64,000 bases of DNA from Amoebophrya sp. A120 (Eukaryota; Protista; Dinoflagellata). Below, piece after piece: positions 48,126 through 61,700 of this stretch (within the stretch, counting starts at the first letter, position 1; every line of letters begins with the position of its first letter). The stretch covers positions 7,057,751 through 7,121,750 of the forward strand of contig CAJINV010000005.1 of NCBI GenBank assembly GCA_905178155.1, written 5' to 3'. The position numbers and the translations under genes were made by a program. The notes beneath the pieces are model-generated. The model made no database searches. It worked only from the letters and a program-made list of their open reading frames with translations, and was not told the DNA's origin.

Positions 48126-49146
48126 ATGCCGTCCTCGTCCTCCTCTCCCGTTCTTGGCAGTCCAGTGATCGTCACTGCTGTCCACCACCGAGATAACCAG
48201 TACTACAAAGAACACCTCGCAGCGGGTGGCGCCACACATGAAAATCTTGAAGCGGACGAGGAGAATCAGTTGCTCCTTGTTTATCCAGATGAGCGACATC
48301 AAAACACGGCAAACACCACTCAGCAACTACACCACCAGGACCAGCCACAGTACGTGTACTACACTTACGAACAAGGCCAGCAGCCCGTCGCCCAACACCA
48401 GGTCAATGTGGTTGTTGAAAACGAGGAAGTAGAACAGCCGGAAAAGCACTGCCTCTGCACCTGCTGGTGGGGCAGCGTTCTGTTCTGGATCTTGATCGCA
48501 ATTTTGGCGATTGGTTTAGTGTTGTTTTTGTGTTTATGCATTGCAAAAGCATCATACGTAGTATAAATTGCATTACAAATTTTCTCAAATAGGAAAAATT
48601 CAATTTGTAATGCTGACGTAGCTAAGAATCCAGATTTGTCATGCATAGTTGCAATTACTACAAGTTTGCGATGCTTTTGCACATGATACTTCTACGTGAT
48701 TTGCGCGGCGATCGCAGTTTTCTGCTTCGAAGCCACGTGGATTAGCTGGTTCGGGGTGCCCATTGTACGCATTGCAAATATAATGCTTGGGTCTGGATGA
48801 ACAAGGTTGGAACTTGTGATGCGGATTATGGAAAAGGCAAAAATTTGTATTGCATGAGCGCCAAAGATGAAAGGCTGCTCACTTGATGATGATGTTTTTG
48901 CTACGCAATAAATAGGGAACTTCTGATGCAGGGTAGACATCTTCAGAAGGCCTCCTGCGCAAAACCTGTATTTTTATGCTTTTGCGTGCATAATTACAGA
49001 CTATCCAAAAGATGCATGGCAAACAAGGGCAGAACTCTTCCAGACCCAGACATTATATTTGCACTTTATACATCAGGGCCGCAGCCGATATTATTCACAA
49101 TAAGGATGGTCCTGGCGGGGCAACGGGCGGCGGGGCGATGAACTGA
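48126..49146 (+). CDS. Small membrane protein (Q-rich N-terminus, Cys cluster, hydrophobic segments)
   Basis: HCLCTCWWGSVLFWILIAILAIGLVLFLC|YVICAAIAVFCFEATWISWFGVPI|RAAAD..MN* after removing two introners. Confidence 0.65.
48535..48688. mobile_element. Introner family B
   Basis: TIR; TSD degenerate; frame restored by the 5-nt rule. Confidence 0.8.
48766..49070. mobile_element. Introner family A
   Basis: TIR; TSD cattg/catca. Confidence 0.8.
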
Positions 49147-50472
49147 AGGTTTTTCTTTTCTTCTACTAGAGGCAGAGGGTTTTTTTTTAAAAGCCCTTCT
49201 CTGGAAGAAAAAATAACAAGTGTGGCCGTCGGAAAACGAATAAATGTTGGAGACGATAATTATTCAATGAATGGATACAAAAATCAGCTAGAAAGATGAT
49301 GATCATGGAGTTGCGCTGCTTCGATTTCAACTAGTTGTAACTTCGTGCACTACACGGACTTGTTGCACAGTGGAATCAAGCCTGGCAGTACTCAATAAAC
49401 CTAAATCGGACAACTTTCAAACCGCACTCGTACTCGTTGCGGTCCAAATACAAAAAATGAAAACGCCTGGCTGCCGCTCCTGCTATATGAAAATATTAAT
49501 ATTACAAATTCAAATCTACAAACAAAATCGAGAACAGTATTCCTCTCGATGTTTGTTGACGAGGCACCAGAAAGGAAAAAAAGAGCAATAAAAACTTTTT
49601 TGCGCGAGTCTTCGAGACTCCAGCAACTACCCCGACCACTGTGCACTAGGGAAAAGTCGCCCATAATTGGTTTGCTCATCGTCTCGCCTTGCCCCTTCGG
49701 TGATATGGAAGAGGCCTCTGTAATTTATTTTAGCTCGTCTCTCCAAGTATTTCGTGACTTTCGACGTCACATCGATCTGCATCTTCGGTTCTTGGCTCTG
49801 CTTCAAAGATAAGCACTTAATTGTAATTCGGTCCTTCTCTCAGTGGTCTCGTCCCTTGACTACAGTTGAGAATACCACTTGTTGAGTCGTTTTTCTTGTC
49901 GGTTGTGCGAAGAACGCTTTCGCTTTAGGAATTTATGTATGCTGTCGGTGAGCGTAAGCGTACTAGTGACCTCTTCCATGCAGGTGAGTACTATCGGTAC
50001 AGTAATACTCGTGCTCGACAGACCGCAATCGTCCGAACAACTTCTGCGTCAACAGTAAAAAAGTCGGTGACATCAATCCTGATTCTCGGTGTCGTCCAAA
50101 CACATGTTGACATTTGCTGACTCTTGTGCACATCACTCGTTACATGTTAAAAAAAAAATATCGGTTTATAATTTTCAGAAGGATCTTTCTTCTATAACTT
50201 TCACAGGTAACTTGACGACCCATAGTTGCCTCTCTACTAACTTCGTGTGGGTGACTGAACGTATCCAACGTGGACTTTTAAGAACCCGCTGCATCGAAAA
50301 GATTAAGATTTACATTTCATTGCTTTCAATTTCATCCCATATCGTACTTCTACTTACAACCAAACCCGAAAAGCAAAAGGAAAAAAGTCGCAGCGCGGCC
50401 CTGACGCAAAACTAGCAACACAACTCGTAGAAGCAGACTTTATTTGCTTGTTTTCATCATTACACCGTCACC

Positions 50473-51309
50473 ATGATGCGCAGCTGCAAGAAAATGTTGT
50501 ACCTCAGCGCAAGTGCGGCTCTCCTTTCCGACCAGGCCTTCGCACTGGACACCAGGGATATCCGCCGAAAAAAAAAAACTAGGTCACAACATCGCTATTC
50601 TATTCTGCATGGCAAAATTTTACAAATTACTGTGCATTTCCTGCTTCCTGGGGATAAAATAAAGAATTGTGGTGCGGCTTCTTGCATGCACATACGTACA
50701 TCAGTGTACTAGGAGGTATACTACTTGAAAAGAACAGATGAAGAACTAAAAGGAGAAGTGTGGAAAGTGTAGCTATGACTTCCCCTAGACTTTTTTTCCG
50801 CTGGATCCACTTTCTGCAAGGACGACAACGGATGAAGAAGTGTGACGACTGCGGCGTATCCCGTGCAAATGTTAGTGGATCGCATATATTTAGTACAGCA
50901 GGGGTGGTATATACTAGCGTAACAGATCTACTTTTTTACTACCCTACCTAGTTTCATCTCTGCGGCCGAGAAAGGACAACATTTTTGCGAAACAATTTGT
51001 CATGCGAACATCCAGCCTACTCGTGCGATACCTGCTCTTTGCAATGCATAGTACGGCGGCAGCAAGGGAGGAGGAAAAAGCACGGACAAAGAGACCCAGC
51101 TTTTGGAAAACCATTTCGCTCTGACACAACAGGCGGCTGCGGCGCAAGGAGATGAAGAAAAAGCGAAGCTTCAGAAGCAAGTCGATGCGAACTGGGAGAA
51201 GCTGAAGAAGGAATTGGGCGATGATTATGAGCAAAAAGTCAAAGCATTCCTCAACAACAAGAAGAAACAGGCGGGGAACACTGCACAGTCAAGTTTCGTG
51301 TCGGTATAA
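50473..51309 (+). CDS. Small putative secreted protein
   Basis: Signal-like MMRSCKKMLYLSASAALLSDQAFA; exons join in frame over two introners to ..CDDCGGGSKGGGK..KLKKELGDDYEQK..SSFVSV*. Confidence 0.6.
50559..50807. mobile_element. Degenerate introner, D-like
   Basis: tatccgccgaaaa..ctagg / cctag..tttttccgctggatc; TSD lost. Confidence 0.65.
50857..51050. mobile_element. Degenerate introner, B-like
   Basis: tatcccgtgcaaa...tttgcaatgcata. Confidence 0.7.
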
Positions 51310-52966
51310 CAACAAAAACCACACGAAAAACTCGCACACGCAAGACTTATTTTTGTTTCTTCTTCCGTGTAGTTGGTGTTGGTTTGACTTTGAGCTAGAG
51401 CTCTCAACTTTTCATCTTCGGAGTACCCGCTAATTTTTCCCATGTAGTCCTCTTTCCTCAGTAAAAGAAAAAGTGTTTTTCCGTGTTGTTGTGCGTTTTT
51501 TTTATATTTCTAGCACGACTTAATAAAGATTTTTTTTTGATTTTTGACAAGATTTATAACGACCTCGTCCAATGAAGATTTAATTAAAAGAATACTTTGC
51601 TTGATGACATCACATTCCCGACCCTGATCATGGCACGCAGTCCCCCCTTGTGCCTTTTATTCTCTGCAACGAAGTGACGGTCTGCATCCCTGAGGCCGAA
51701 CATTCTCTATCGTGGTCTTTGTACCAGTAAAAGGTCGCGCGTAAAATAAATTTCTCGTTTTTTTCCATTGAAGATCAAGTATGAGCGTCGAGCAGCTAGC
51801 TTTAAGTAGTAGAGCGGCCAGTCGATTCATCTGACCACCCTTGTTCCATCGCAGCGTAAAGTTCTTGTCGAGCGCAACTCATGTTCCTCATTTCATCCGG
51901 TAAAAGTAGTTCATCTTCAGAAGCAGGAGTAGAACATCAATAGGGTGGACTCTACTTCTTCACAAAGAGAACAAGTGGGACTTGGTCTTGGACTCCTTTG
52001 GGTCCTGGAGTGATGCGCAAGACGCCATCGATCAAAAGATTATACTTAATTTTCGAAAGAGCACCCCCTTGCTGGTGTTGTGGCACTAGACCCGTTGATT
52101 GTGGCAAGGCCCAAAGCAGGTTGATATTTTGCCAGTCTCAGTATTGTGAACCAGGAGAAGACGTTGTTGAAAAAGATCAAACGCTGCAGGTCCGTGTGAA
52201 GTAGGCCGCGGGGAAGTAATAAACTAACAGAGTTGTTGGAGGCCACATGGTCGTGACCGCGAACTTAAATTGTTTCTATTCAGAACAATGAAGGTGAAAA
52301 ACAGGAATTCGTTTGAATTGGCGTTGGCCCATGATAAGATAGCCGTAGCTTGAAACAAGTTGCGAATCAGATTTGACATTTTTTAGGACACACCAGACGA
52401 CGACGTTTGCTGCTCGTGCATATTTATTTTCCATTCTGCTATTATTTCGTTTTTTTGACTTGTCAACGTTTTAAATGGTCTTTCGCTTATGTTTGTTCCG
52501 AAATATCCCCGCCTATTTCTTATTGTCGTCGCCAAATGAATAGTAAAATCCTGGCTCGGTCCGTCTTCATTTCTTGTTTCTTAACTTATTTCACATTCAC
52601 ATTTTTCCGCGATTCGATTCACGAGTTTGCGGCTTATCTCCTCATTTTTTCCCAACTCGCAAACGCGCTGCCGCACATGTGAAGACGATGAAACGAAACG
52701 AAGCCGCGCGGCGGCATCTGAGCGTGCAGCAAGTGACTGCGCAGCTGCTCTTCTGGGCAGGAGCAGGATGTTGACGAGCAAGCTTCATTTATCATTTTCA
52801 GACTACTTCTCGCAGCATGAAGTAGAAGAATAAAAGCACCCCTGCGAGGAGAATGAAGGAGGACCACGAGCTGAAAGGTTCCGTTTTGGTGGCCAGAAGG
52901 CATCGGCTGGCCGAGACAGTACCTCCGAAGGAAGCCACGACCGAGACGACGGACCGGGCGAGCTCG

Positions 52967-53179
52967 GATCCAAGAAAAAAACATTGTAGATGTAACTTTT
53001 TTGGAGGAACAGCATTACAAGTTTGTCTGGCATGACAGCAAAAACCTGTCATGCGCAGATAGTACGCGAAAACGCCCTTTAAGGGACCCTGCGACGCATG
53101 CCAAGCATGACAGACGCAATCATCTATGCATGTTCTTGCGCATCACAAATTTACACTAACAACGTTTTTTTCTTGGATA
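52967..53179. mobile_element. Introner family D
   Basis: TIR; TSD gctcg/actcg. Confidence 0.85.
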
Positions 53180-53328
53180 ACTCGGATCCCGACCGGTAGT
53201 CTGCGCGGCTACGGGGCTTGTCGGTGCCCGAGAGGGGCTTTACCAGCTTGTAGCCGTACTTTTCCTCATTCGAGGGCTCCGTGCAGGCGGGCGTGTCGCA
53301 GCAGGTGTTCTTGTCACTAGCCGCGCAA

Positions 53329-53589
53329 TATCAAATGCAAAAATGTCTGGGTCTGGAAGGCGGCAACTTGTCATGGTAAATCTGAAGCATGCAAAAATCT
53401 GTGTTGCATGAGAGCCAAAAGCTGTCCACTTTTGACCAAGTTGGAAGGGAGTTTCTCATGCAGGATAGGCATGGCAGAGACCTCGCAGATTCTGTCATGC
53501 CAAGTCCCGCATTCCAGACCTCATGGGTCATGGAAAATCTGCATGACAAGTTTACACTTTTCCAGACCCAGACATTTTTGCAATCCATA
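53329..53589. mobile_element. Introner family A
   Basis: TIR; TSD cgcaa. Confidence 0.9.
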
Positions 53590-53653
53590 CGCAAGTGCCG
53601 CTCGCACATTTTTTCGACTCGTCGGTCGTCAGCCACTTGTCCGTGCCGCAGAC

Positions 53654-53984
53654 TATGGAAGCGTCAGGTCTGAAATCGACAAACTTAAAATCATGATTTG
53701 CTATGCATAAAATGCGGGCAGGAAGTGCTTGTCTTGCCGGGATGGCAAGTGAGGCCGATTATGAGCCTGTTTAGGGTTTGAAATGAAGCTGCTAAAGCAG
53801 CATGACAAAAGCAGGCTTCCGTGCCCCAACAGCGTGACGCATTAGATTCCGGCGCTCGGAAAATTTGTCACGCGCTGCTTCATATTGAGTGGGCTACTTC
53901 CGACTGGTAATGGTATCGCTAGCGGTTTTAATATGCATGACAAACTATTTCAACTGTGACGATTTCGATCCTGACACATCCATA
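53654..53984. mobile_element. Introner family J
   Basis: tatggaagcgtcagg...cctgacacatccata; TSD cagac. Confidence 0.88.
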
Positions 53985-54356
53985 CAGACTGTAGTCGAGG
54001 TAAAGTAGAAAAGCTTTGGCGTCGGAAAGTAGGGCTGAGTACTGCTTTGCGCCGGATTGTCAAACCAGACGTCTCCAGAGTGGAGCACAGTATCCTCTAT
54101 GGCGTTCTCAATTGTTACATTCTCAGCTGTTACATGATTCCTCATGCGACATTACCTTAAGAACCGACACCATCAAGCTGCTTTTTTTACCTCCGAAGGA
54201 AGCCACGACCGAGACGACGGACCGGGCGATGCTTGGAAATTGGGCTCCCAATTGGTATCCATTTTATGCATGACAAATCATTTCACCTTTGTCAATTTTA
54301 AACCTGACGCTTCCATAAAAAAGCGGCCTTTGTCGGACGAGGAATTCGGAACCTAC

Positions 54357-54773
54357 TATCAAAAGGAAAAATCCCCCCACCCCATACTCAAACTAGAAAT
54401 TTGTGATGCAGATTTGTGGTCACAAATCAGCTTTGTCATGCTAGAATAGAAAAGATGCGGACTATAGTGCTGGTTGGCGTGGGAAAGCGTTGCATCTTCA
54501 GCATGACAGGGGGCAGCACAAATCAGATTTGTCTTGCAGTAGCAGACTGCAGGCCCATATCATGCCAATGTAGAGAGGTTTTGGCCTAGGCACTTAGCAC
54601 GAGGAACGTCTATGCTGTAGGTTCAACAGCATTGCAAATCGCCTCCATAATGGGGCGGAGCCTATCCGTTGCTTTCTTGCAAGACGGACACGATTTCTGG
54701 TCACAAATAAGCATCGCAAATTCTCTGAGGCGTGCCTTTTCGATATGGGGAGGGGGGATTTTTCCTTACGATA
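54357..54773. mobile_element. Introner family G
   Basis: tatcaaaaggaaaaatccccc...gggggatttttccttacgata; TSD not matched. Confidence 0.82.
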
Positions 54774-54819
54774 GAGGCCGAGCGGTACACGCACATCGTG
54801 TATGCAGAGTTGAAGCCGA

Positions 54820-55074
54820 TATGACCTGCTCAAGCGTTACAATCTCAAACGTTGCAATAGAATTTGGAATTTGTGTTGCATGATGAACATGACAGACTCG
54901 CACAGCGCTCCACCTTTTGCAATACAAATTTCGCCAGATTTTTGTAGTGGGGTTTGGGGCGCCCGGACTTGTCATGCGCAATCCTATGAGAGTTGGCTAG
55001 ATCGTGCACTCTTGCGTCACAGATTTCCATATTCTATTGTAACGTTTGAGATTGTAACACCTGAGCGGATTATA
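54820..55074. mobile_element. Introner family H
   Basis: Long TIR; TSD gccga. Confidence 0.88.
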
Positions 55075-55130
55075 GCCGAAGCCGACGAGTTCTGGGGACG
55101 CGACAGCTGTCGTAGCAGCGCCGCCTGCCT

Positions 55131-55383
55131 TATCAAATGTAAAAATGTCTGGGTCTGGAAGAATGCAGCTTTGTCATGTTTGTCTGGCATGACTCATAAA
55201 TCTGTAATGCATGAGCAGGAAAATGGCCTCTTGCCTGTCATGCAAAAACGCAATTTGCCATGCGGAAAACGAAACATAGTAGCAGATGAAAAATTTGTCA
55301 TGCTTGGCTGCGTATAGCAGTCCGCCCACCAGTCACATTTTAGCATCACAAGTTTCCAGACCCAGACATTTTTACATTTGATA
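55131..55383. mobile_element. Introner family A
   Basis: Perfect long TIR; TSD poorly matched. Confidence 0.85.
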
Positions 55384-55756
55384 TGTACCTCCGAAGGAAG
55401 CCACGACCGAGACGACGGACTGGGCGACCAATCATAAGTAGGGGCCCGCCACTGAGGTGGTCCTGGTCGTGAACCACTGGTGGTGGACCGCTGGAGAGTC
55501 ACGAGCAGACGGAGCGGTATTTATTCCACCTTGGTGGAAGCAAGGTGGACCGTGGAACGAATGAGCAGCGGACAGTTGTGGGTGACGACCACGTGCTGTA
55601 ATGTAGTTCGAGGTCATTTTTCGCGAAGACACGCACAATAGGTAGACAAATTTAGAAGTCGTGCTAAAAAGCTGCTTGCGAAGTGGTCTGGGCATACGGC
55701 ACACGTGACCTATTGTGCAGACAACGCGCTTGCCCGCGTCGCACGACGGCGACAGA

Positions 55757-58700
55757 ATGGGGAAGCGAAGTAGCAAGGCCAGTGGTGCTGGGTCCTCCTC
55801 AGCAGACAAGAGTAACAAGCGGGGACCACAGCGGGGGCCGGCGGGGCACCTGACTCCTGGACCCACACGACGAGGACGCGAAGCTCAGGCAACTGGAAAT
55901 ACATCGAGTGATCTTGACACCAGCAGCAGTGCTATCTCCTCGTCAAGTTCCAGCGAGACGAGCAGCCAAGGGGGCTCTTCCGGCCCAGAACTGTTTTTCC
56001 AAAATAGGAGAAGCCAGCTTGCGCCGTCGGCACGAGGGCTGATTGAAGGTGATGATCCCGATCTCTCAAGAGGTGGCGGTGAAAGCAGCAGCAGCAGCAG
56101 AAGTTACAGCGCGTCAAATCTTCATGGTGCAGCTGCGTCAAGGAGAAGATCACGAGCTTCTCTCGGCCGGCGCGCACCAGTAGATCCAGATGACACGAGC
56201 TCCGAAGATGCAGCTGACAAAGATCCGACGGCTAGATACGCGCGCAGCCGTGCTTCCTCTGGAAGCAATTCGGAAGATGATGGTCGGGAGCTGCGAAGAT
56301 GTGGGGACCACCACGAGGAGAGATTTGGTGGCATTGACGAAGCCTCATCGGTTGTATCCTCGTCTGCTGGAGATGATTTATCTTCGGAGGCACACAACAA
56401 CAGGCCTTCTCAACGACGATCATCCGCGCCGGCCACACGTGGAGGTCCTGCTGGAAAACAGGTGAAGGGCCACGTCGTGTCCTCAAGTTCCAGATCTGCT
56501 TCGTCTAAAAATTTGGAAGGAGATGGTGGGCCCAAGAGAAGTCATGATATTCACATGGGTCGTACTGCGAAGAACTACGGGATGAAGCAGGGAAACGCTA
56601 TGCCCTCCGCCGCGAACGCGATGAAGACCCAAGAACCCGCCTCGTCGTCGCATCTTGCTGCTGATAGGAACCAGGAGGTCCAAAACCACCAGCCAGAGCC
56701 GAGGCACCTTCTAGATAGCGCCTTCTCTGGCAACAAGGACTTCGGAGCAGGCGACTCTAGCCTTGACGAAACGGAACAACCGCGAGGACCATGGCGCGAT
56801 GATCCACCCCTCTACAAGAATCATGGCGCGGTGCCAGAAGCAAGTAAGGCGAAAAAAGCAAAAGCGGTACAACCGAAGCAGCAAGAAGAGCAGCAACAGC
56901 AGCCGCTTCATGATCCTTCGCCAGAAGAAAAGAAGGCCGATCTCCAGGAGCAAAAAAAGCGAAAATCGGAGAAGAAAATCACCGATCTAATGTGGGAGCA
57001 TACCCGATTCTATCAAGACATGAAAAGCATGAAAATCTACCACTCCTGTTTGAACCCGTTTGATTACAAATACCGGGATTTTTTTCTCCCCTATGGAATA
57101 TCAACTGCAAAAATGTCTAGGTCTGGAAGAGTGTGGGTTTGTCATGCTAGTCTGGCATGACTCTGAGCCCTGTATTGCGTGGCCGCAAAGAGCTCCGCTT
57201 GCCTGTCATGCAAAAACGCAGTTTCTCATGCGGAATACGCAACTCAGAACCACGGAAAAACTTGTCATGCTTGGCAGTGCATTACATCAGTCTGGGCACT
57301 GTTTCCTGACTTGCATCACAAATTTCCAGACCCAGACACTTTTGCATTTGATATGGAAAGAGTCGGAACTACGCGGGACCGGACGATTATAATGATTTCG
57401 GCGGCGCAGCTGATCGTGACCAAACGTCTCAGTCGGAATTTTTGTCCGATGATTCATCAAGGAGTGGCTCTGAAGATGCAGGAGGAGCTCCTACTTCCGG
57501 CCCGGACACGACGAAGATTCCTTTCGACCACTTGAAACAGCGGCGGAAGCGCCACCTGTTCAAGGAGGAAATCAAGTGGTACCGCCGGTTCGTCAGTAAA
57601 ATCATCAACGCGCACGGGGCCGACCCGCGGAAAGCGCTTCTGCGGAGGCAATTGCCGGTTGAGCTGAAACAAGCCGCGGAGGAAGACGTTTTTAGTGAGG
57701 ATGAAAATGTGCTTCTACGACCAGATTATGGGTATGTGTACCTCAACGCGAGAGCGAAGAGGCCGAAGGGGGGTCAGAGCATAAAGCGGTTTCGCGACCC
57801 CTGGAAGGTGGAAGATTTGTCAGTGTTATGGAAGTGCACAACTCGTGGCTCCCCGCCCCTTCATTTGAATGGCAACAACAGCAATATAAACACCAGCACG
57901 CGTTGAACCTATGCATCGCAAATCTTGGTACCTAGCTAGTAAGCTTCCGAAATTTGTCATGCAACCAGTGCCACAAGGCCGTGGCTGGATTTGGGATTTT
58001 GCATGACAAACGAGGGGAAGGGGGAGGACTTGTGCATTAGTATAAGTGTGGGAAGTGCGGGATCCAAACGAGGTAGAGCCGTCTCCCTCAGACCGGGAGG
58101 ATTGGAGTGAGGAAGAGCGAGAAAATGAAATGCAGGAAAAAATCAATTCCGGCGACGCCAGCAGGATGAAGAAGCTGAAGCCGACAGCACTATCAAAAAA
58201 GAAGAAGAAAGACAGCAACTGGCATTTGGGCAGGCGCCGCAAGGGGACCCTCGCGAACGTGCTCGCGTTCCTGGACAATTTGTGTAGGGGAGAACATTTT
58301 GAAGTGCTGAAAGAGTTTCTACTATTGTGTTACCGGTCGAAGACCATGGAGTTTTCGGCCGAAGATAAGCGGATCAAGTACTACGATTTTGCGTCCACAG
58401 GTGATGAGGAACTAGATTCTGTTACCGGGCGTGGTGGCAGTGCGCCCACACTAGCTTCCACGGCGCCGTCGTTGGGAGCAGGCAATAGCTCGAGCTCCCC
58501 TGATCACCCGCTGGATGTCGTACCATCTAAGGATGATGCCCGGTTAGAACTCCGAAACAAAACGCAGCGGATGTGGTGGATGTACTACTTCTGCAAGCTG
58601 CTGTTAGACGGTGTCGCCCCTGATTTGCTGGACGATTTGCGCGAGATTCGGAGGGTGTCGGACAAAATGTGGCGGCAGAAAACCCGCACGGAGATGCGGG

Positions 58701-61700
58701 CATTGCTGTCGAAGGAGGAGTTGGAAATGCGAGAGCAGATGAAACTACACGAGAAACAGGCAAGGAAAATGATGATTTTGGACAGAGATGGCCAAGAACA
58801 GCATGGTGGCGAGAATGATTACGCTGCTCCTGGTGGAAAGAAGGGCAAGGCGAAAGGCGGGAAAAAAGGGACTGTAGTTGCAGCTACAGCTGGTAAAAAT
58901 AATTCCTTCGAGCATTACATGATGAAAGGAAAAAAGGGCGGTGGCAAAGACCTAATCCCCACTTTCGTACCTTCTGCCCAAGATTTCATGCTCGCCATCA
59001 ATGGCGCGGAGGCGTCAGCGTCGCAACTGCATCATGACACCCAGCCCTACGACGTGGAGCAAGACATCTTGGCGATTCTCACTGCAGAGAAGAACGATCA
59101 GAACGGCGAGCGAGACAAGGATTCTTGTTCCGCTTCCTCCTCTTCTTCCTCTTCGCAAGCTAGCGAAGACAGCCAAGGAACAACGGCAACCGATGCTCTC
59201 ACCGCGACCACCAGTAAAACCAGGAAGACTGACACTGAAAGAAGTGATGTAGTTCTTGGCGGTGCGTCTCTCGTTGCGGATTCATCTGTGTCGGGCACTA
59301 CAAGTGGCGAAGATCAGGACCAGAACGCTCTTGCAGACAAGAAAAGAAGTACCAACTACACGGCGGACGACGACGAAGATGCTGATAGCCCAACAGCAAA
59401 AGCAAGAACGTCGTCTAGTACTCAGCGTTTTTCTTCTTTTCAAGAAATCAAACAGAACATCAAGCTCGCCAAAGCGAAGCAGCGGGAAAAAGAGCAAGCG
59501 ATCCGAGAAGCAAATGAAAAAAGAAGGAAGTCTCTTCTATTGAAACAGCAGAAGAAAACGGCTGCGAGACAAGCGAAGGCAAAAGTCACGATCTCGGAGG
59601 CGGAGAAGAAATTGGAGGAGTTTATGAAAAAGAACAAACTGCAAGAGAATCTCGATTTCAGTGTGAAAAAGCTGGATCGCATCCAAGTCGAGCTGGAAGA
59701 AGAGAAAGTGGAAAAGCAGATGAAGCCGAAATTGATATGCATTGCAAATATGTCTGGGTCTGGATTTGTCATGCGAATCATGAAGGACAAAGAGATCTGT
59801 AATGCATGAATGCGATGGAGCAGATTTTTTGTCGTGCTGCTGGAAGCTAGTTTGTCATGCGAAACACGGTAAAGCTCGCAATACCAGGCGAAAAATTTGT
59901 GATGCGTGAATGCCGTACAGAACCTCTCTCTGCCTTGCAAGACTCAGCAACACAAATTCGCCGCATCTTTCCCGACAGAGACTACATATTTGCAGTTGAT
60001 AATTGAAGAAAATGTTCCAGTCCTTACTGGACAAAGTGCTGCTGGAGAAGCAGACGGAGACGCTGAAGGCGCGGGAAAAGGAAAAGATGAAGTGTTTGGA
60101 GCCGCCGGGAATAGTAGATCATCATGGCGACGCGCCTGATTGCTCCACCTCTCTGACGGACCCAGGAGACGGTGAAGAAGGTCATGCGGCAAAAATATCA
60201 AGTGAGCTGCACCAAGATGAACAACAACCTCCTCCCGCTGGTGCGGCCCAGCATGCATCTACCTCTACGTCTTTCATCTTCGCTAACCATTGCATTGACT
60301 TGACCCACCCGCGGCTGAAACAGGAACCGCGACTCGGTGGTCTTCTAGAGGTGAACAATAACCTTAACCCCTTAGAAGCGAACAAATACCTCGATCCGTA
60401 TCACGACTGGGAGCTGAACCGAGATTTGTGCGAGCTCGTGCTGTTTTCTGATAACGAAGCGTATAAGAAGGTTTTCCGGGATATGCAATACAAACCTCGA
60501 CCTCCCGTACAGGTACAAAGTGCATCACAAATTTCGTGAACTTAGGAAGTATTAACTTGTTATGCTGCACAGGTTTGAAGGAAAAGTTTCTCATGCGGAA
60601 GCCACATTTCTTTGTACGTGCGCGGGAGATTTGCTGTGGATACGGGAGGAGGAGCTCAAATTTGAGGAGGAGCTGGAAAAGCGCGGGGGGCAGATTGACA
60701 GCGACGATTGCAATTTCACCTCAGACGAGGAGGAGGAGGAGGACGGGGAGGATAAAAATTCAGACGCAGACAACCACAACTCCGAAGGGGATAGTCCTAG
60801 TGTGGATAAGGAAAATAAATCTGCACTGCTGAGACCATCTCCATCACGACCAAATGCCGATTCGAATTCCAAACTCCCGGACGACGACGCAGGAGCTCCA
60901 GGCCCTCGCCGCCCGGGCAAAGGTACCAGAGGAGCAGCAAAATTTGCATCCAACAAGGAAAAAAACGTAGTCGGCCGAGACGACGAGGACGATCATGTTG
61001 CTGTCACCACGAAAACAAGGCAGCACGAAAATAACCATTTCCATTCGGAAGTGTACAAGAAGCATTTGAAGGTGCAAAAGTGGAAGCAGTATGAACTGCA
61101 AAAGTATCGCACTAGTGGTAACCAGCCATGCTCCGGCTGCCGCCGGAGCGAAAGGCTGTTGGGCCGGGGCAAGACTGTTTGCCGATCGGACCACAACGCC
61201 AAGGGCCTATGCACAACGAAACGCACTGGATTCTTGCCGCCTGTTTGCGCCGCGCCAACCCGCAGGACCACTTGCGCGCTTCCCGCGCCTGTGGGCGCTC
61301 TGCGCAGGGAGCAGCTGCGAAGAACACCAAGGGCGAACAGAAGCCGCCCGGCGGGAGAGGGTAGCGCGAGAGGGTGGCGCGAGAGGGTGGCGCGAGAGGG
61401 TGGCGCGAGAGGGTGCGCGAGAGGGTGGCGCGAGAGGGTGGCGCGAGAGGGTGGCGCGAGAGGGTGCGCGAGAGGGTGGCGCGAGAGGGTGGCGCGAGAG
61501 GGTGGCGCAGGAGGGTGCGCGAGAGGGTGGCGCGGAAAGGCACTGAACAAAACATGTCCGCGAATGGCCTGCAATGCCAAATATGGGCATTACCATGCGG
61601 ATTCGCGCCCGCCTCTTTGTGTTTTTACCCTCGCGCAGACCTCTCGCAGACCCTCTTTCTGACCTCTTTTGAGGGTCCCCGCTAATAGTCCGGCTATACT

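Larger units (their letters stand above)
52920..55427 (+). repeat. Three dispersed copies of a 42-bp sequence
   Basis: tacctccgaaggaagccacgaccgagacgacggac(c/t)gggcga at 52920, 54188 and 55386. Confidence 0.95.
52798..55430 (-). pseudogene. Cys-rich putative surface protein with C-terminal hydrophobic tail, apparently rearranged or damaged
   Basis: Minus-strand exons VCGTDKWLTTDESKKCASGTC|AASDKNTCCDTPACTEP..SE|LARSVVSVVASFGG..FILLAGVLLFFYFMLREVV*. Truncated introners at 54098-54317 and an upstream in-frame TGA. Confidence 0.45.

Noticed and set aside
2215-59809. Recurrent peptides in the ORF track ([31 protein letters not shown]) as a protein repeat family
   Set aside because: They are translations of introner TIRs, not real protein
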